From Macrostomum lignano (lineage: Eukaryota): 49,514 bases of DNA. Position 1 is the first letter of the stretch, and every line of letters begins with the position of its first letter. The position numbers and the translations under genes are program-made. The notes under the pieces were generated by a model. That model did not search any database. It was not told where the DNA came from and was given only the letters and a program-made list of their open reading frames with translations. Below are positions 39,228-49,514 of this stretch, one piece after another. The stretch is from the NCBI GenBank assembly GCA_002269645.1, contig NIVC01000791.1, positions 1 through 49,514 of the forward strand. Direction: 5' to 3'.

Positions 39228-41483
39228 TAAGTGAATTTCCGCTACTAGAATACTTTTTATTACAGGCAGGGGCTGTGTACATCCTTTTGCACTTTAAGCG
39301 ACATTGTCACGCAACCGGCGTGAGGCATTACTGCCCATTCCGCCGACTCCCCTGAGCAGGCACACAGACGCGCGGATACGTGCGCAGTCGTACGCACAGG
39401 CACACCCTCACACAGGATTGTACAGCGGCCTGTAATCGAGCCACAAGGCTACGTCCCCTTGCCCCTAAAAGCTACCGTTGTTTCAGGACAGATTTCAATG
39501 ACAAAAAAGCAATCGTCGAATTCACAGCCTAAAAACTGAAGTCCTTCAAATGACAGGTGATGCTGACTTACAAAAGAAGGTTTAGTACAGGGGTAGCACG
39601 ACTAGTAAGAGACTCGCGATTATTTAGGGTGCGCTATAAGGTTTCGGTTGTCTGGGAGAACCCATAATTTTATCTGCTTTATGGAGGGGATGTTTGTCCT
39701 TTGATAGGATTAACTGAATCAGTCTGTCAACTTCGAGTAGTTTGGTTTTTTCTGAGATCATCTATTCAGGTTGGATCGCAAATAATAAAGTGCAAGTGCG
39801 CGACCGATGTACCCCTGCATGTATATAGAACTGAATACCTACAAGAAAAATATGAATTTGATATGCACTTACTATCAAAACGTTTTGATCGGGTAAATCT
39901 CTTTATATGCATTGGGGAGGCAATGCAGACAAAATTCCCCGGCCTCGAAGCCTGGTGCATCTTGCTTGCCTTGGTCCATCTGCTGGCTCCTCTGGTTGTC
40001 TCCCTGCTTATTGTGTCTTGGCTTTCATCACTGACAGTGGATTGGAGTTCTGGGGAATGATCGAGTTCGTCCCGAATCGGGGAATACCGGCTGAGTCCGG
40101 GTTCCTCTTGCTCCTTGTGCCCCTCTCCGACCCCTTGGCCTGGCCCCATTCCGCAGACTAGGATATTTCCTCTCTCAGACCGCTTATACATACTCCAATA
40201 TTGTTTAGAGCATGGGTAGTAAAAAAGCCTTGACCCTCGCAGCCCTATAGGAGGGTTTGGTGCCACCTCTTGATAGGAGACTCGCCCTTGGTAAATAAGC
40301 TGCCTAGACTCCCTCCAAAATTAAGCCTTTTCCGTAGACTTCGGGGTCTCCCCGCTCTCGGACCGCCTTCAGTAGCATTTCAAAGTTTTTCAAATCCTTT
40401 TTCGCGCACTCTGGGATTTGTCTGCTGGTGGGGGTGGCTTGGGTGGACTTGGTCTTAGCACCGTCCCTGATTCCACTTTGGGTTGGCTGGTTGGTGGCTT
40501 GATCAGCGAAACTAGAGAAATTCCATAGTCCCCTGCTGCCATCTGTTGAAGGTCCAGAAGCTCCGCCTGGGTAAAGGCCAGTGACTCACGAAGTCAGAGC
40601 TGATGCAGGCACATGTGGTCGACGTGCTGATGAAATTTGGAGGCTTTGCAAGACTGCACTGAGGCGCAGTGCTGACTGGCGCACAGGGGTGTACTGAATA
40701 CACTGGCGCTTATGAGAAAAAAATCCGACCTTCTGGCAGAATTTTGAATATCTGGCGAGTTGATTCTTGTTTGAGAAGGTGCGCAACAAAAAGTTAGCTT
40801 GTATTCTTGAATGTCGTGAGCCTTGCGTTGCTTAGTTCCAGCACAGCAAAATTCTTTCCGGTAGTTTTACTACCGGAGTGGCCCGGTAGTGCCATTTAGT
40901 GCATCATTTAGTGCATTAGTACTTTGGGGTCAACTCATAATTGTTAAAAAGTCTTAACGTATATCGCATTTCGTTTTCTGTGCATCGATTTCCACAGTCG
41001 ATACCGCAGCCGCCACGAGCAGAAATGCTTTGCAAGAATTTTCCTACTCGATTGCCGACCGGATCCAGGTTCCAGCGCCACCTAGCGTGATCTGCAACAC
41101 CTGCCTATTCAAGTCCTGGCATGTGCGGAACAAATCAGTCAGACAAAAAACCATTCCGAAGTCGCTGGTGCCATCGATAATCAACGACTATCCGGAGCAT
41201 TTGCGTCTTACTCTCCAAGTTCTTCAGTATTCTGAAGACTTCATCTACTCTGATATGTAATCACTAGCCTTATTGATTTTCCTTTTTTACTTTATACCCG
41301 TCTTCAAAAAACTAGTTAACGAAGAACCCTGGATCCGTAGCAAGTCAAGAAGGCCATTAACATGAGCAGACATGCTCACAGATTCTACGAGTACATAACC
41401 TAGATGGGTCACTTCAGTATTCACTACTGCAGTATTCAGCTGCCGTCTCCGCGGGGCCGAAAACCCCGTGATTAGGGCTACAG

Positions 41484-41966
41484 ACACTAGATGCTGCTGC
41501 AAAGGACGGCCGAGTCACTACCGGCAATGAGAACTACTTTGAAAGTTCCGAGCCTAATGATCAACACCATCAAGATTGTGCGATCACAGCGAAATCGAAC
41601 AAGCTTCTGAGCGACAAGAATTGTGCCGATAAATATAGTTTCTACTGCTACACTGACATCGCTGCTAACATTCAGCCAAATCCGAAACGAACTCAAGGAA
41701 AGTTTGAACCCACAAATATCACCGAATACCGGCAGCCCGACCGGGGCTGTTGGATCAAAGTGCCGGCCATCAAGACCCTGGAAGACTGCGCCCTGACCTG
41801 CTATGAGTTCGAGTTCGGTGACTGCGTCGGATTCTACTGGCACCCGACAAGGAGGCAGTGCGTCCTGCTGCCCTACTTTGACGCCAGCCTGCCGCTTGAC
41901 GGCTCCGACTTCTCTGCCAACGAAATGGAGAAGCTGCAGTGGACAAAGTACCTGCGCACTGAGTGA
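41484..41966 (+). pseudogene. C-type lectin + PAN/apple gene, copy 1; 5' half (signal peptide and CTLD N-terminus) not found
   Basis: Open frame KDGRVTTGNENYFESSEPNDQHHQDCA...SDKNCADKYSFYC...QPDRGCWIK...DCALTCYEFEFGDCVGFYWHPTRRQCVLLP...YLRTE*. In-frame TGA at 41469 with no ATG before the lectin sequence. Confidence 0.75.
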
Positions 41967-42924
41967 TGAAACTTTTAAGAAGGTAAAGTGTGAGTTGTTG
42001 AAATCAATTGAATTGAAATGAAAGCGCTATTTTTATTTGTTTCTTTCTTTTAAAAACTACTTTTATTTCAGCAGAAAAGAATCTTAACGGTAACTCGTTA
42101 ATAAAGCGTTGATCCGTTAATTATCAATGACTTCAAAATTACAATATTTTCTTTTTCTCTTTGTGGAAATCTTTTGATAAGGACTTAACGATAGACACTT
42201 TCCTTCTAAAATATGGAATGTTGATTATTATCCATAAAAAACTAGAAATTTTTTGAATCACTCGAACAACCATAAAACTTGACGGTGTGTTACGTGTGGC
42301 ATTTTATTAATTATTCTGTCTAAATTTAAATTCGTTTTAAGCAATAATATCCTAGTCTGTCTATACTTGACCGTAGATTATGTGTTATTATTCAATAAAA
42401 GTTTTGGTTATTTTTAACTTTACAGCCATCTTTTTTATCTTTATCCTTCCTTACAAACTTTCACAAACGCGATTATAATTTTTTTAATTTCTATCTCGAA
42501 CTATTCAGTCCAAATAAACATTACCACTGATCTTAATGTTTTATTGACAACTGTCTACATCTATAAACTATTTTATCTGAGTCTGGATTTGTATTTTATT
42601 TAACCAACAAATTATTTATGAAATTTAAGTTGTAGATTTAAGCTACTTTGTCAGTAGTATACAAAGCGCATATAGTCCTTCGACAAATCAAAAGGACTCA
42701 ACAGACAATTTAAAATATTTTTTAGTTTCATTTGTAGCTCGTATCTCATATTTTCAACAGTTAAGGTTGTGATCAAAGGAGACCAACTACTTGAAGATCA
42801 TATACCATAGTCGAAATGGCTGCTCTATAAAAGTACATCTAGCTACTATAAAAACAAGAGGTAAAATCAGCGCTTTTCCTCCGAGACACGCGAAGATGCA
42901 GCGGTGAGAAGGGGAAGTTAAGTT

Positions 42925-43745
42925 TTAAAGATTGTGAAGGCTTTTAACAGATTGTGAAGGCTTTTGACAGATTGTGAAGGCTTTTGACAGATTGTGAAGG
43001 CTTTTGACAGATTGTGAAGGCTTTTGACAGATTGTGAAGGCTTTTGACAGATTGTGAAGGCTTTTGACAGATTGTGAAGGCTTTTGACAGATTGTGAAGG
43101 CTTTTGACAGATTGTGAAGGCTTTTGACAGATTGTGAAGGCTTTTGACAGATTGTGAAGGCTTTTGACAGATTGTGAAGGCTTTTGACAGATTGTGAAGG
43201 CTTTTGACAGATTGTGAAGGCTTTTGACAGATTGTGAAGGCTTTTGACAGATTTTGAAGGCTTTTAACAGATTGTGAAGGCTTTTGACATATTGTGAAGG
43301 CTTTTGACAGATTGTGAAGGCTTTTGACAGATTGTGAAGGCTTTTGACAGATTGTGAAGGCTTTTAACAGATTGTGAAGGCTTTTGACAGATTGTGAAGG
43401 CTTTTAACAGATTGTGAAGGCTTTTAACAGATTGTGAAGGCTTTTGACATATTGTGAAGGCTTTTGACAGATTGTGAAGGCTTTTGACAGATTGTGAAGG
43501 ATTTTGACAGATTGTGAAGGATTTTGACAGATTGTGAAGGCTTTTGACAGATTGTGAAGGCTTTTGACAGATTATGAAGGCTTTTGACAGATTGTGAAGG
43601 CTTTTGACAGATTGTGAAGGCTTTTGACAGATTATGAAGGCTTTTGACAGATTGTGAAGGCTTTTGACAGATTGTGAAGGCTTTTGACAGATTGTGAAGG
43701 CTCTTGACAGATAGTGAAGGGTTTTAACAGATTGTGAAGGGTTTT
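42925..43745 (+). repeat. 20-bp minisatellite (AGATTGTGAAGGCTTTTGAC), ~40 units
   Basis: Visible, highly homogeneous units. Confidence 0.98.
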
Positions 43746-43890
43746 GATTTCTTCCGAGTAAAATGTCGTATATTTAATGTTGCATACAACATAGACGATT
43801 GCCCAAGATAACACTGAATAATTCCGAAAATATACTCCCATGCAAGGAAAATCGAATTGCTTGGAAATCAGTTGTAGCGATGCTTTATAC

Positions 43891-44794
43891 CAGAAGTTGA
43901 CAAGCTGTTTTACTTCAAGAGCCGGGCAAGAATCTAGATCATTGCTGCGGGCCAGATGAGAGTGGAAAGGAGAAGGGATGGGGATAGAGATGATTAAAGA
44001 GGAGATGGGAGATGAAAGAAGAGAGGAGAGAAGAGAGATAAGATGCGAGATTAGAGAAAAGAAAGGTGAGAAGAGGACAGGAGAGGTGAGGTGAGGAGAG
44101 GAGATAAGAGTGAAGAGGAGAGAGAAGAGGAGAGTAGGGGAGAGGAGAGTAGAGGAGAGGAGAGGAGAGGAGAGGAGAGGAGAGGAGAGGAGAGGAGAGG
44201 AGAGGATATGAGAGGAGAGGAGAGGAGAGGAGAGGAGAGGAGAGAAGAGGAGATTAGGGAGGAGAGGAGAGGAGATGAGAGAGGAGAGGAGAGGAGATGA
44301 GAGAGGAAAGGAGAGGAGAGGAAAGGAGAGGAGAGGAGAGGAGAGGAGAGGAGAGGAGAGGAGAGGAGAGGAGAGGAGAGGAGATGAGAGGAGATGAGAG
44401 GAGAGGAGAGGAGAGGAAAGGAGAGAGAGGAGAGGAGAGGAGATGAGAGGAGAGGAGAGGAGAGGAGAGGAGAGGAGAGGAGATTAGGGAGGAGAGGAGA
44501 GGAGATGAGAGAGGAGAGGAGAGGAGATGAGAGAGGAAAGGAGAGGAGAGGAAAGGAGAGGAGAGGAGAGGAGAGGAGAGGACAGGAGAGGAGAGGAGAG
44601 GAGAGGAGAGGAGAGGAGAGAAGAGGAGAGGAGAGGAGAGAGTAGAGAAAAGAGAGAGAAGAAAAGAGAGCAGAGTACTTAGATAAGACTCCAACCCTGG
44701 ACGGGCTGTTATGAAGTTTCAAAGGACCAAAGGGCCGGATTGAGATTCTTCGCGGGCCGCATGTGTTCCCGCGGGCTGGAGCTCGCCAACCCTG
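43891..44794. mobile_element. Non-autonomous hAT (Charlie/Buster-like) element carrying an internal (GGAGA)n expansion
   Basis: Termini CAGAAGTTGACAAGC ... GCTCGCCAACCCTG. 8-bp TSD CTTTATAC / CTTTATCC with central TA. Subterminal GCGGGCC motifs. Confidence 0.7.
43960..44670 (+). repeat. (GGAGA)n polypurine microsatellite
   Basis: Visible pentamer run; source of the EERRG and LLSSP ORFs. Confidence 0.97.
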
Positions 44795-45014
44795 CTTTAT
44801 CCAATGAAAAATTATTGCATACTGGCCGAGCATTTATGCATGTAATTTTTACGAGATTTCACAGTCGATGTGTCTATCGATCAAATGGTCATATCAGTAA
44901 ATTCAAGGGCGTAGCCCTTGATTTTTCACTGGGGAGCGTCAGTGGCTCCAGTACCAGATTCGCCATATTAGGGGTGGCATAGGACACAGAGAGACATTTG
45001 GTATAATATCTATT

Positions 45015-45275
45015 AATTTAGTAGTTTGGTAGTTGAGTAAGTTTGGCTGTGTTTGGCAGTTTGGTAGTTTGGTAGTTTGGTTGTGTTTGGCAGTTTGGTA
45101 GTTTGGTAGTGACGTCGTTTGGTAGTTTGTTACTGTTTGGTAGTTTCTTAGTTTCATAGTTTGGTAGCGTCTGGTAGTTTGGAAAGTTTGGTAGTTTCGT
45201 ACTTTGGTTGTGTTTGGCAGTTAGTTAGTTAGTTTGGTAGTTCGTTACGCTTGTATGTTGGTAGTCTGGTAGTTT
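45015..45275 (+). repeat. Degenerate 9-bp repeat (TTTGGTAGT)
   Basis: Visible units. Confidence 0.85.
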
Positions 45276-45643
45276 CATTGATTCGCAGTGGTATATATTA
45301 GACATCGGCAGGAGGGGCCGTTTTAAAGAATAGAATTAGCAAGCCATTTATTGACTGGGATCTGCTCAAGATGAGTGAGCAAGATAAATGAGTAAGTTAA
45401 TCGATGAGTGAGTGAACCATGAGCACGCAGTCCAACAATGGCTTCTTCCATACGGAAGTTGGCAGTCAGAATCGATCGTAACGCCTCAGCAATAAAATGC
45501 CTGCCAGCTCTATGACAGAGGTGTCAATCATCTGTTTTGACAGACTCGTGACAGGAGACTCGTGACAGGAAACAATACACCTGCAGCGACTATAAAACCT
45601 CTTGATCAAAATTATTCGCTGGGTTGAGTTTAGTCACCCAGTG

Positions 45644-46416
45644 ATGAAGTCCTCAGTGCTCAAAGCTTTGCTCTTGGCAGCTGTTCAGCTTGCGATGTCT
45701 GCTGAGTCGGCTTGTCCTCCTGGCATGACTCAGATTGATGCGCAGCCATGGTGTAGCCAGTACTACAGTCAGTTGCTGACGTTTTGCGATGCGGTGAGGA
45801 CCTGCCACCAGAACGGTCAGGAGATGATCAGCAAGCCCGTGTACGACGCCATGAAGGCCAGCGGTGGCTTTTCTAGCCAGAGATGGTGGGTGGGACTGGT
45901 GGACTCGCTGAATGAGAGGAGCACTAACAAAGACGGCTGGGTTTGGATCAAGGACGGCCAGGTTACGTCAGTTAGCGGCAATGATTTTCACCCAGCCGAG
46001 CCCAACAACCTTGGTGGCAAGCAAGACTGCGCTACCATAATGGGTCTGAGCATCCAGTTGAGAGATGAGAATTGTGTTGAGAAGCACGTGTTTTACTGCT
46101 ATTCTAACATCACCGCCGCCTATCGAAAAGTCCCCAAGCGGAACAACGGAAAATTTGAGCTGGTAAGAATCGCTCAGTTTCAGCAGCCCGACCCGGGCTG
46201 TTGGATCAAAGTGCCGGCCATCAAGACCCTGGAAGACTGCGCCCTGATCTGCTATGAGTTCGAGTTCGGTGACTGCGTTGGATTCTACTGGCACCGACAA
46301 GGAGGCAGTGCGTCCTGCTGCCCTACTTTGACGCCAGCCTGCCGCTTGACGGCTCCGACTTCTCTGCCAACGAAATGGAGAAGCTGCAGTGGACAAAGTA
46401 CCTGCGCACTGAGTGA
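45644..46416 (+). CDS. Secreted C-type lectin (EPN motif) + PAN/apple protein, copy 2; intronless, ~257 aa after correcting a 1-nt deletion near 46293
   Basis: Signal MKSSVLKALLLAAVQLAMSA; CTLD (CPPGM...TFCDAVRTC...WWVGLVD...GWVW...AEPNN...QDCA...DENC...FYC); PAN-like DCALICYEFEFGDCVGFYWH. Paralog copy 1 shows CACCCGACA where this copy has CACCGACA. Confidence 0.85.
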
Positions 46417-47099
46417 TGAGATCATCAATAAAAATTAAGCTTAAGAGATGTCATGATCAAACTTGCTTTAAGAGACACGATGAACTTATTATTCTTTTAA
46501 AGTCTTGGATACATTTTAGGATAGCGTTTGTTATAACGCAGCCGGTTAGTTTGTTTATCTGTCTGTTTGTCTGTCTGTCTGTAGGTCCGTCTGTCTGCCA
46601 GTTTTTTGTTTTAACGTAGCTTTTTGCCAGAGCGTGCTGCAGCAGTATCTTTTACTAGATAATGATTAAAATATAAAGTGCATTATCCGATTTTCTATCT
46701 CATTTTATGTATTTTAATCACTATAATTATTTCTTCATTTTTTTATTTAAGTCAGCAGTTTTTTAATACTCTTTAAATAAATACATAAAATACGAGTATA
46801 ACGCAAAAAATACTACTCACAAATCAGCATCAAACCTAATACGAGCAAACAGTCGATATCTGTTATTCATGGATAAGCCAGCTAATTCGTGTTAAGTCAC
46901 TAAATTCTCAATGTCTTAACTTCTAGGAGCCTGGACTTCCGAATTCCAAATGAAGCATTAAGCGTGTGTCTTCGTTTGCGATGCCCTCACAACTCACAAG
47001 TTCGTTGAGAAAGAATTGAAAAAATAACATCTAGACTAAACTAGAATAAATTTCATAAGAAATTCGGTAACACAGAAATACTTTTTCGCTTCAATCTGG

Positions 47100-49514
47100 C
47101 GATGCAGAGTTCTGTTTACTGTTCTGTTTCGTTCCATGCGCTTAGAGCTCAAAGCAGAAGGAATTCAGCACTAGCAGAAGCGCGCAGCACCAGACGGCGC
47201 GGCCTGTACCAGCGCGCAGCTGAGGCGGTCCGCACCGCTAAAATCACCCAGCTGAGGAGAGAGGTCGCCGGGACGCCCAGGCGCAGCAGCTCGTCCAGGG
47301 AGGGTGGGGACGTCTCAGCTGGGCCCAACCCCTCGGCCGCAGGGCCGACTGGAGACGGACCCGCCTGCCCAGGCGGCTGGCTGCTCCAGGGCATTGGGCC
47401 ACTCCGAGACGGAGGACCCCGTAGCCGATGGGCGAAGGGCGGCGAACGCTGCCTACTGCCTTCCGATCGACTGGCCAGTGGCCTTTTGTTGAAGAGGAGC
47501 CCATGGACACCGGTGACCCTGACCCGAAGCTGGTGAGCGCCGAGGAGGAGGAGGAACTCCTGGCGGCTGCAACGCCCGATCTGCAATGATGCCAGCGGCT
47601 ACCTGGTGTCTGCAGATCAACACCCAGCACTGCGTGGCGGCGTCATTCAACCTGATGCGCACGACAGAGCAACAGCTTCCGGGCCTGTTTTTCGTGCAGG
47701 AGCCCTGGATGACTAAAGGTACGCCAAATAATGTGCCATCTGACTACCACTGCTTTTGCATGGCGGACTCTCACCAAGATCTCTGGTCTTTGCTGCAAAA
47801 GCTTTTGAGGCATGAATGAGACCTGATCTCTCGACCGGGGACATCTGTGTTGTTCAAACCAATAACCTCCTTCCCAATAAACGCGTGCTGGCAGCATCTG
47901 CCTATTTCCCAGGCGATGCCCCAGTAGTCTGCGACGCGCTAGTCAACCTCATTGACTACGTCGCGTCCCGCCGGTTCGAACTGCTCATTGCAGGGGATGT
48001 GAACGCGCACCACCTGCATTTGGGCAGCAAGAGCACCAACAACAGAAGCGAGGAGCTGGCCTACGTCAGCAGCACGAACCTCAACTTCTGTAACGTGGGC
48101 AATGCACCAAAGTTTAATAACGGGCTGTGGGCCGAAGTCATCGACACCACCATCGCCTCACCCGGACTTCTGTCCACAGTTACGGGCTGGCGAGTGTGGG
48201 AGGAGGTCTCACTCTCACGAGGAACGTCAGGAATACCGATTGTGCCGTCTTTGGCTCGAAGCTGAGCCGCGACATTCGGGATCTTGACCTCCCCAGTGAC
48301 CTCTCTGACTGCCGGGTTGTGGATGATCTCGCCTCCTCCCTGGGCGGGGCGATCACCACTGCCTTTGAGGTAGCCTGCCCTCTAAAGGCCTACAAAGGCA
48401 AGAAATCTGCTCCCTGGTGGAACCAGAGCTCGGGGCCCTTCGGTGCCGAGCCAGGACCCTCCAAAGGCGAGCGCTCAAAACCAAAGACCCATCTGATAGA
48501 GAGGCCTATACCCATGCGATCCACAAATTTAAGGGCCAAGTCAGAAGGGCCAAGACGGCCAAGTGACGCCAATACTGCGAAGGGCTTGAGGGCTCTTGCC
48601 CCGTAGCCCGCATGGTAAAGGCACTCACGAATGACCGTTTTTCTAAACTCTCTGTTGTGAAGATCAGACCTGATGGCTCGGTCACAGAGAGCTCTGACGA
48701 AACTTAAAGCTCCATAGTCTCCTCCCTAAATCTCCGACTCAGCAGGGCCTATCTGACCACACCGTTGGAGGGCAAGGCCTAGCGAAGTCTATAATCACCA
48801 AAGACCGCATTATTAGAGCGCAAGGTCCTTTAACGCCGTTCAAGGCGCCTGGCCCGACGGCATCTACCCAGCTTTCTTGCACGAGGCGGTGAAAAACCAA
48901 CGCTTCCTGGACCTGCTCTGTCGTCTCCTCCGAGCTTGTGTGGAGCTGGGCTATGTACCAGTTGCGTGGAGAGAGGCCCGGGTGTCTTTATCCCCAAGCC
49001 TGGAAAGAGAGACTATCAATCGGTGAAGGCCTTCAGGCCTATCAGCCTCACATCTTTCTGCCTCAAGCTCCTCGAAAGACTGGTGCTTTGGCGACTACTT
49101 TCGGTCGTGTTGAAGCCCTTTCCACTCTCGCAGAACCAGCACGCCTTCCGCGCGGCAGGTCTACCGAGAGTGCCCTCCATGTCATTGTTGACTTCCTGGA
49201 GAGGGGCCGTTCTTGGCAGCGCTTTGCCCTCTCGCTTTTCCTGGACATTGAGGGGGCCTTCGACAATGTCTGTCCTGTCTGTCCTGTCTGTCCAGATCTG
49301 TCCCTGGACTGCAACGCCCAGCTCAACGGGCTTGCGCTAGGCAACCAGGTGGAGCTCAGATGGATCCCGGGCCACGCTGGTTTCCTCGGCAACGAGCGCG
49401 CTGACCTGCTGGCCAAGGCTGGCTCCGCCGGCGCGCTGCTAGGCCAGGCCCGGGGCCCCGATGCCGCCTCGGGGATCAATTCCCGCGTTAAGCGCTGGAC
49501 TGACTCCGAGCATC
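47100..49514 (+). mobile_element. Degenerate non-LTR retrotransposon (APE endonuclease, RT, RNase H; I/R1/Loa-like), internally deleted, running off the window end
   Basis: From 47586: CLQINTQH...FVQEPW, SAYFP, IAGDVNAHH, VIDTTIAS (APE). KAPGPDGIYP, FIPKPGK...FRPISLTSFCLKLLERLV, QHAFR, FLDIEGAFDN (RT). Then directly WIPGHAGFLGNERADLLAK (RNase H C-terminus). Many frameshifts. Confidence 0.92.

Noticed and set aside
39600-40960. Faint piggyBac-like hints (KRFDRVNLF peptide, CCGGTAG subterminal motifs, TTAA)
   Set aside because: Too degenerate; no paired TIRs or catalytic motifs identified.
41030-41260. 76-aa ORF upstream of lectin copy 1
   Set aside because: TTG start, no recognisable domain, and no similarity to the lectin N-terminus.

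Overview
Eukaryotic (animal) genomic DNA, not prokaryotic. It has GT-AG spliced genes, GC-rich exons in AT-rich spacers, and introns filled with minisatellite arrays. This organisation resembles the flatworm Macrostomum, which is an inference only. Most long ORFs in the supplied track are read-through of tandem repeats. Host genes reconstructed by hand: (1) the 3' part of a phosphatidate cytidylyltransferase (CDS) gene, 7 exons, <6-4652 +; (2) an intronless NAA60 N-terminal acetyltransferase, 14390-15247 +; (3) a complete 7-exon ionotropic glutamate receptor-family gene, 17291-25278 +, with no amino-terminal domain, a degenerate SYTANLAAF gate and a GC-AG intron; (4) a secreted PAN-like + LamG/ConA-like protein, 31409-32495 -; (5) two paralogous C-type lectin + PAN/apple genes, 41484-41966 (5'-truncated) and 45644-46416, whose lectin parts are highly diverged while their PAN parts are nearly identical; (6) a signal-peptide exon, 37770-37866, whose splice donor is split by a near-intact mariner. 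Mobile DNA: a decayed and rearranged Ty3/Gypsy pol, a solo LTR, a Pif1-helicase (Helitron-like) relic interrupted by a hAT MITE, a second hAT element with a (GGAGA)n expansion, a ~700-bp foldback element, a CORE-like SINE, a mariner, and two pieces of an RNase H-bearing LINE. Best leads: the ATD-less, gate-divergent iGluR/IR-like receptor; the variable-lectin/constant-PAN gene pair; the mariner in a splice donor; and a same-strand dispersed 28-bp minisatellite.
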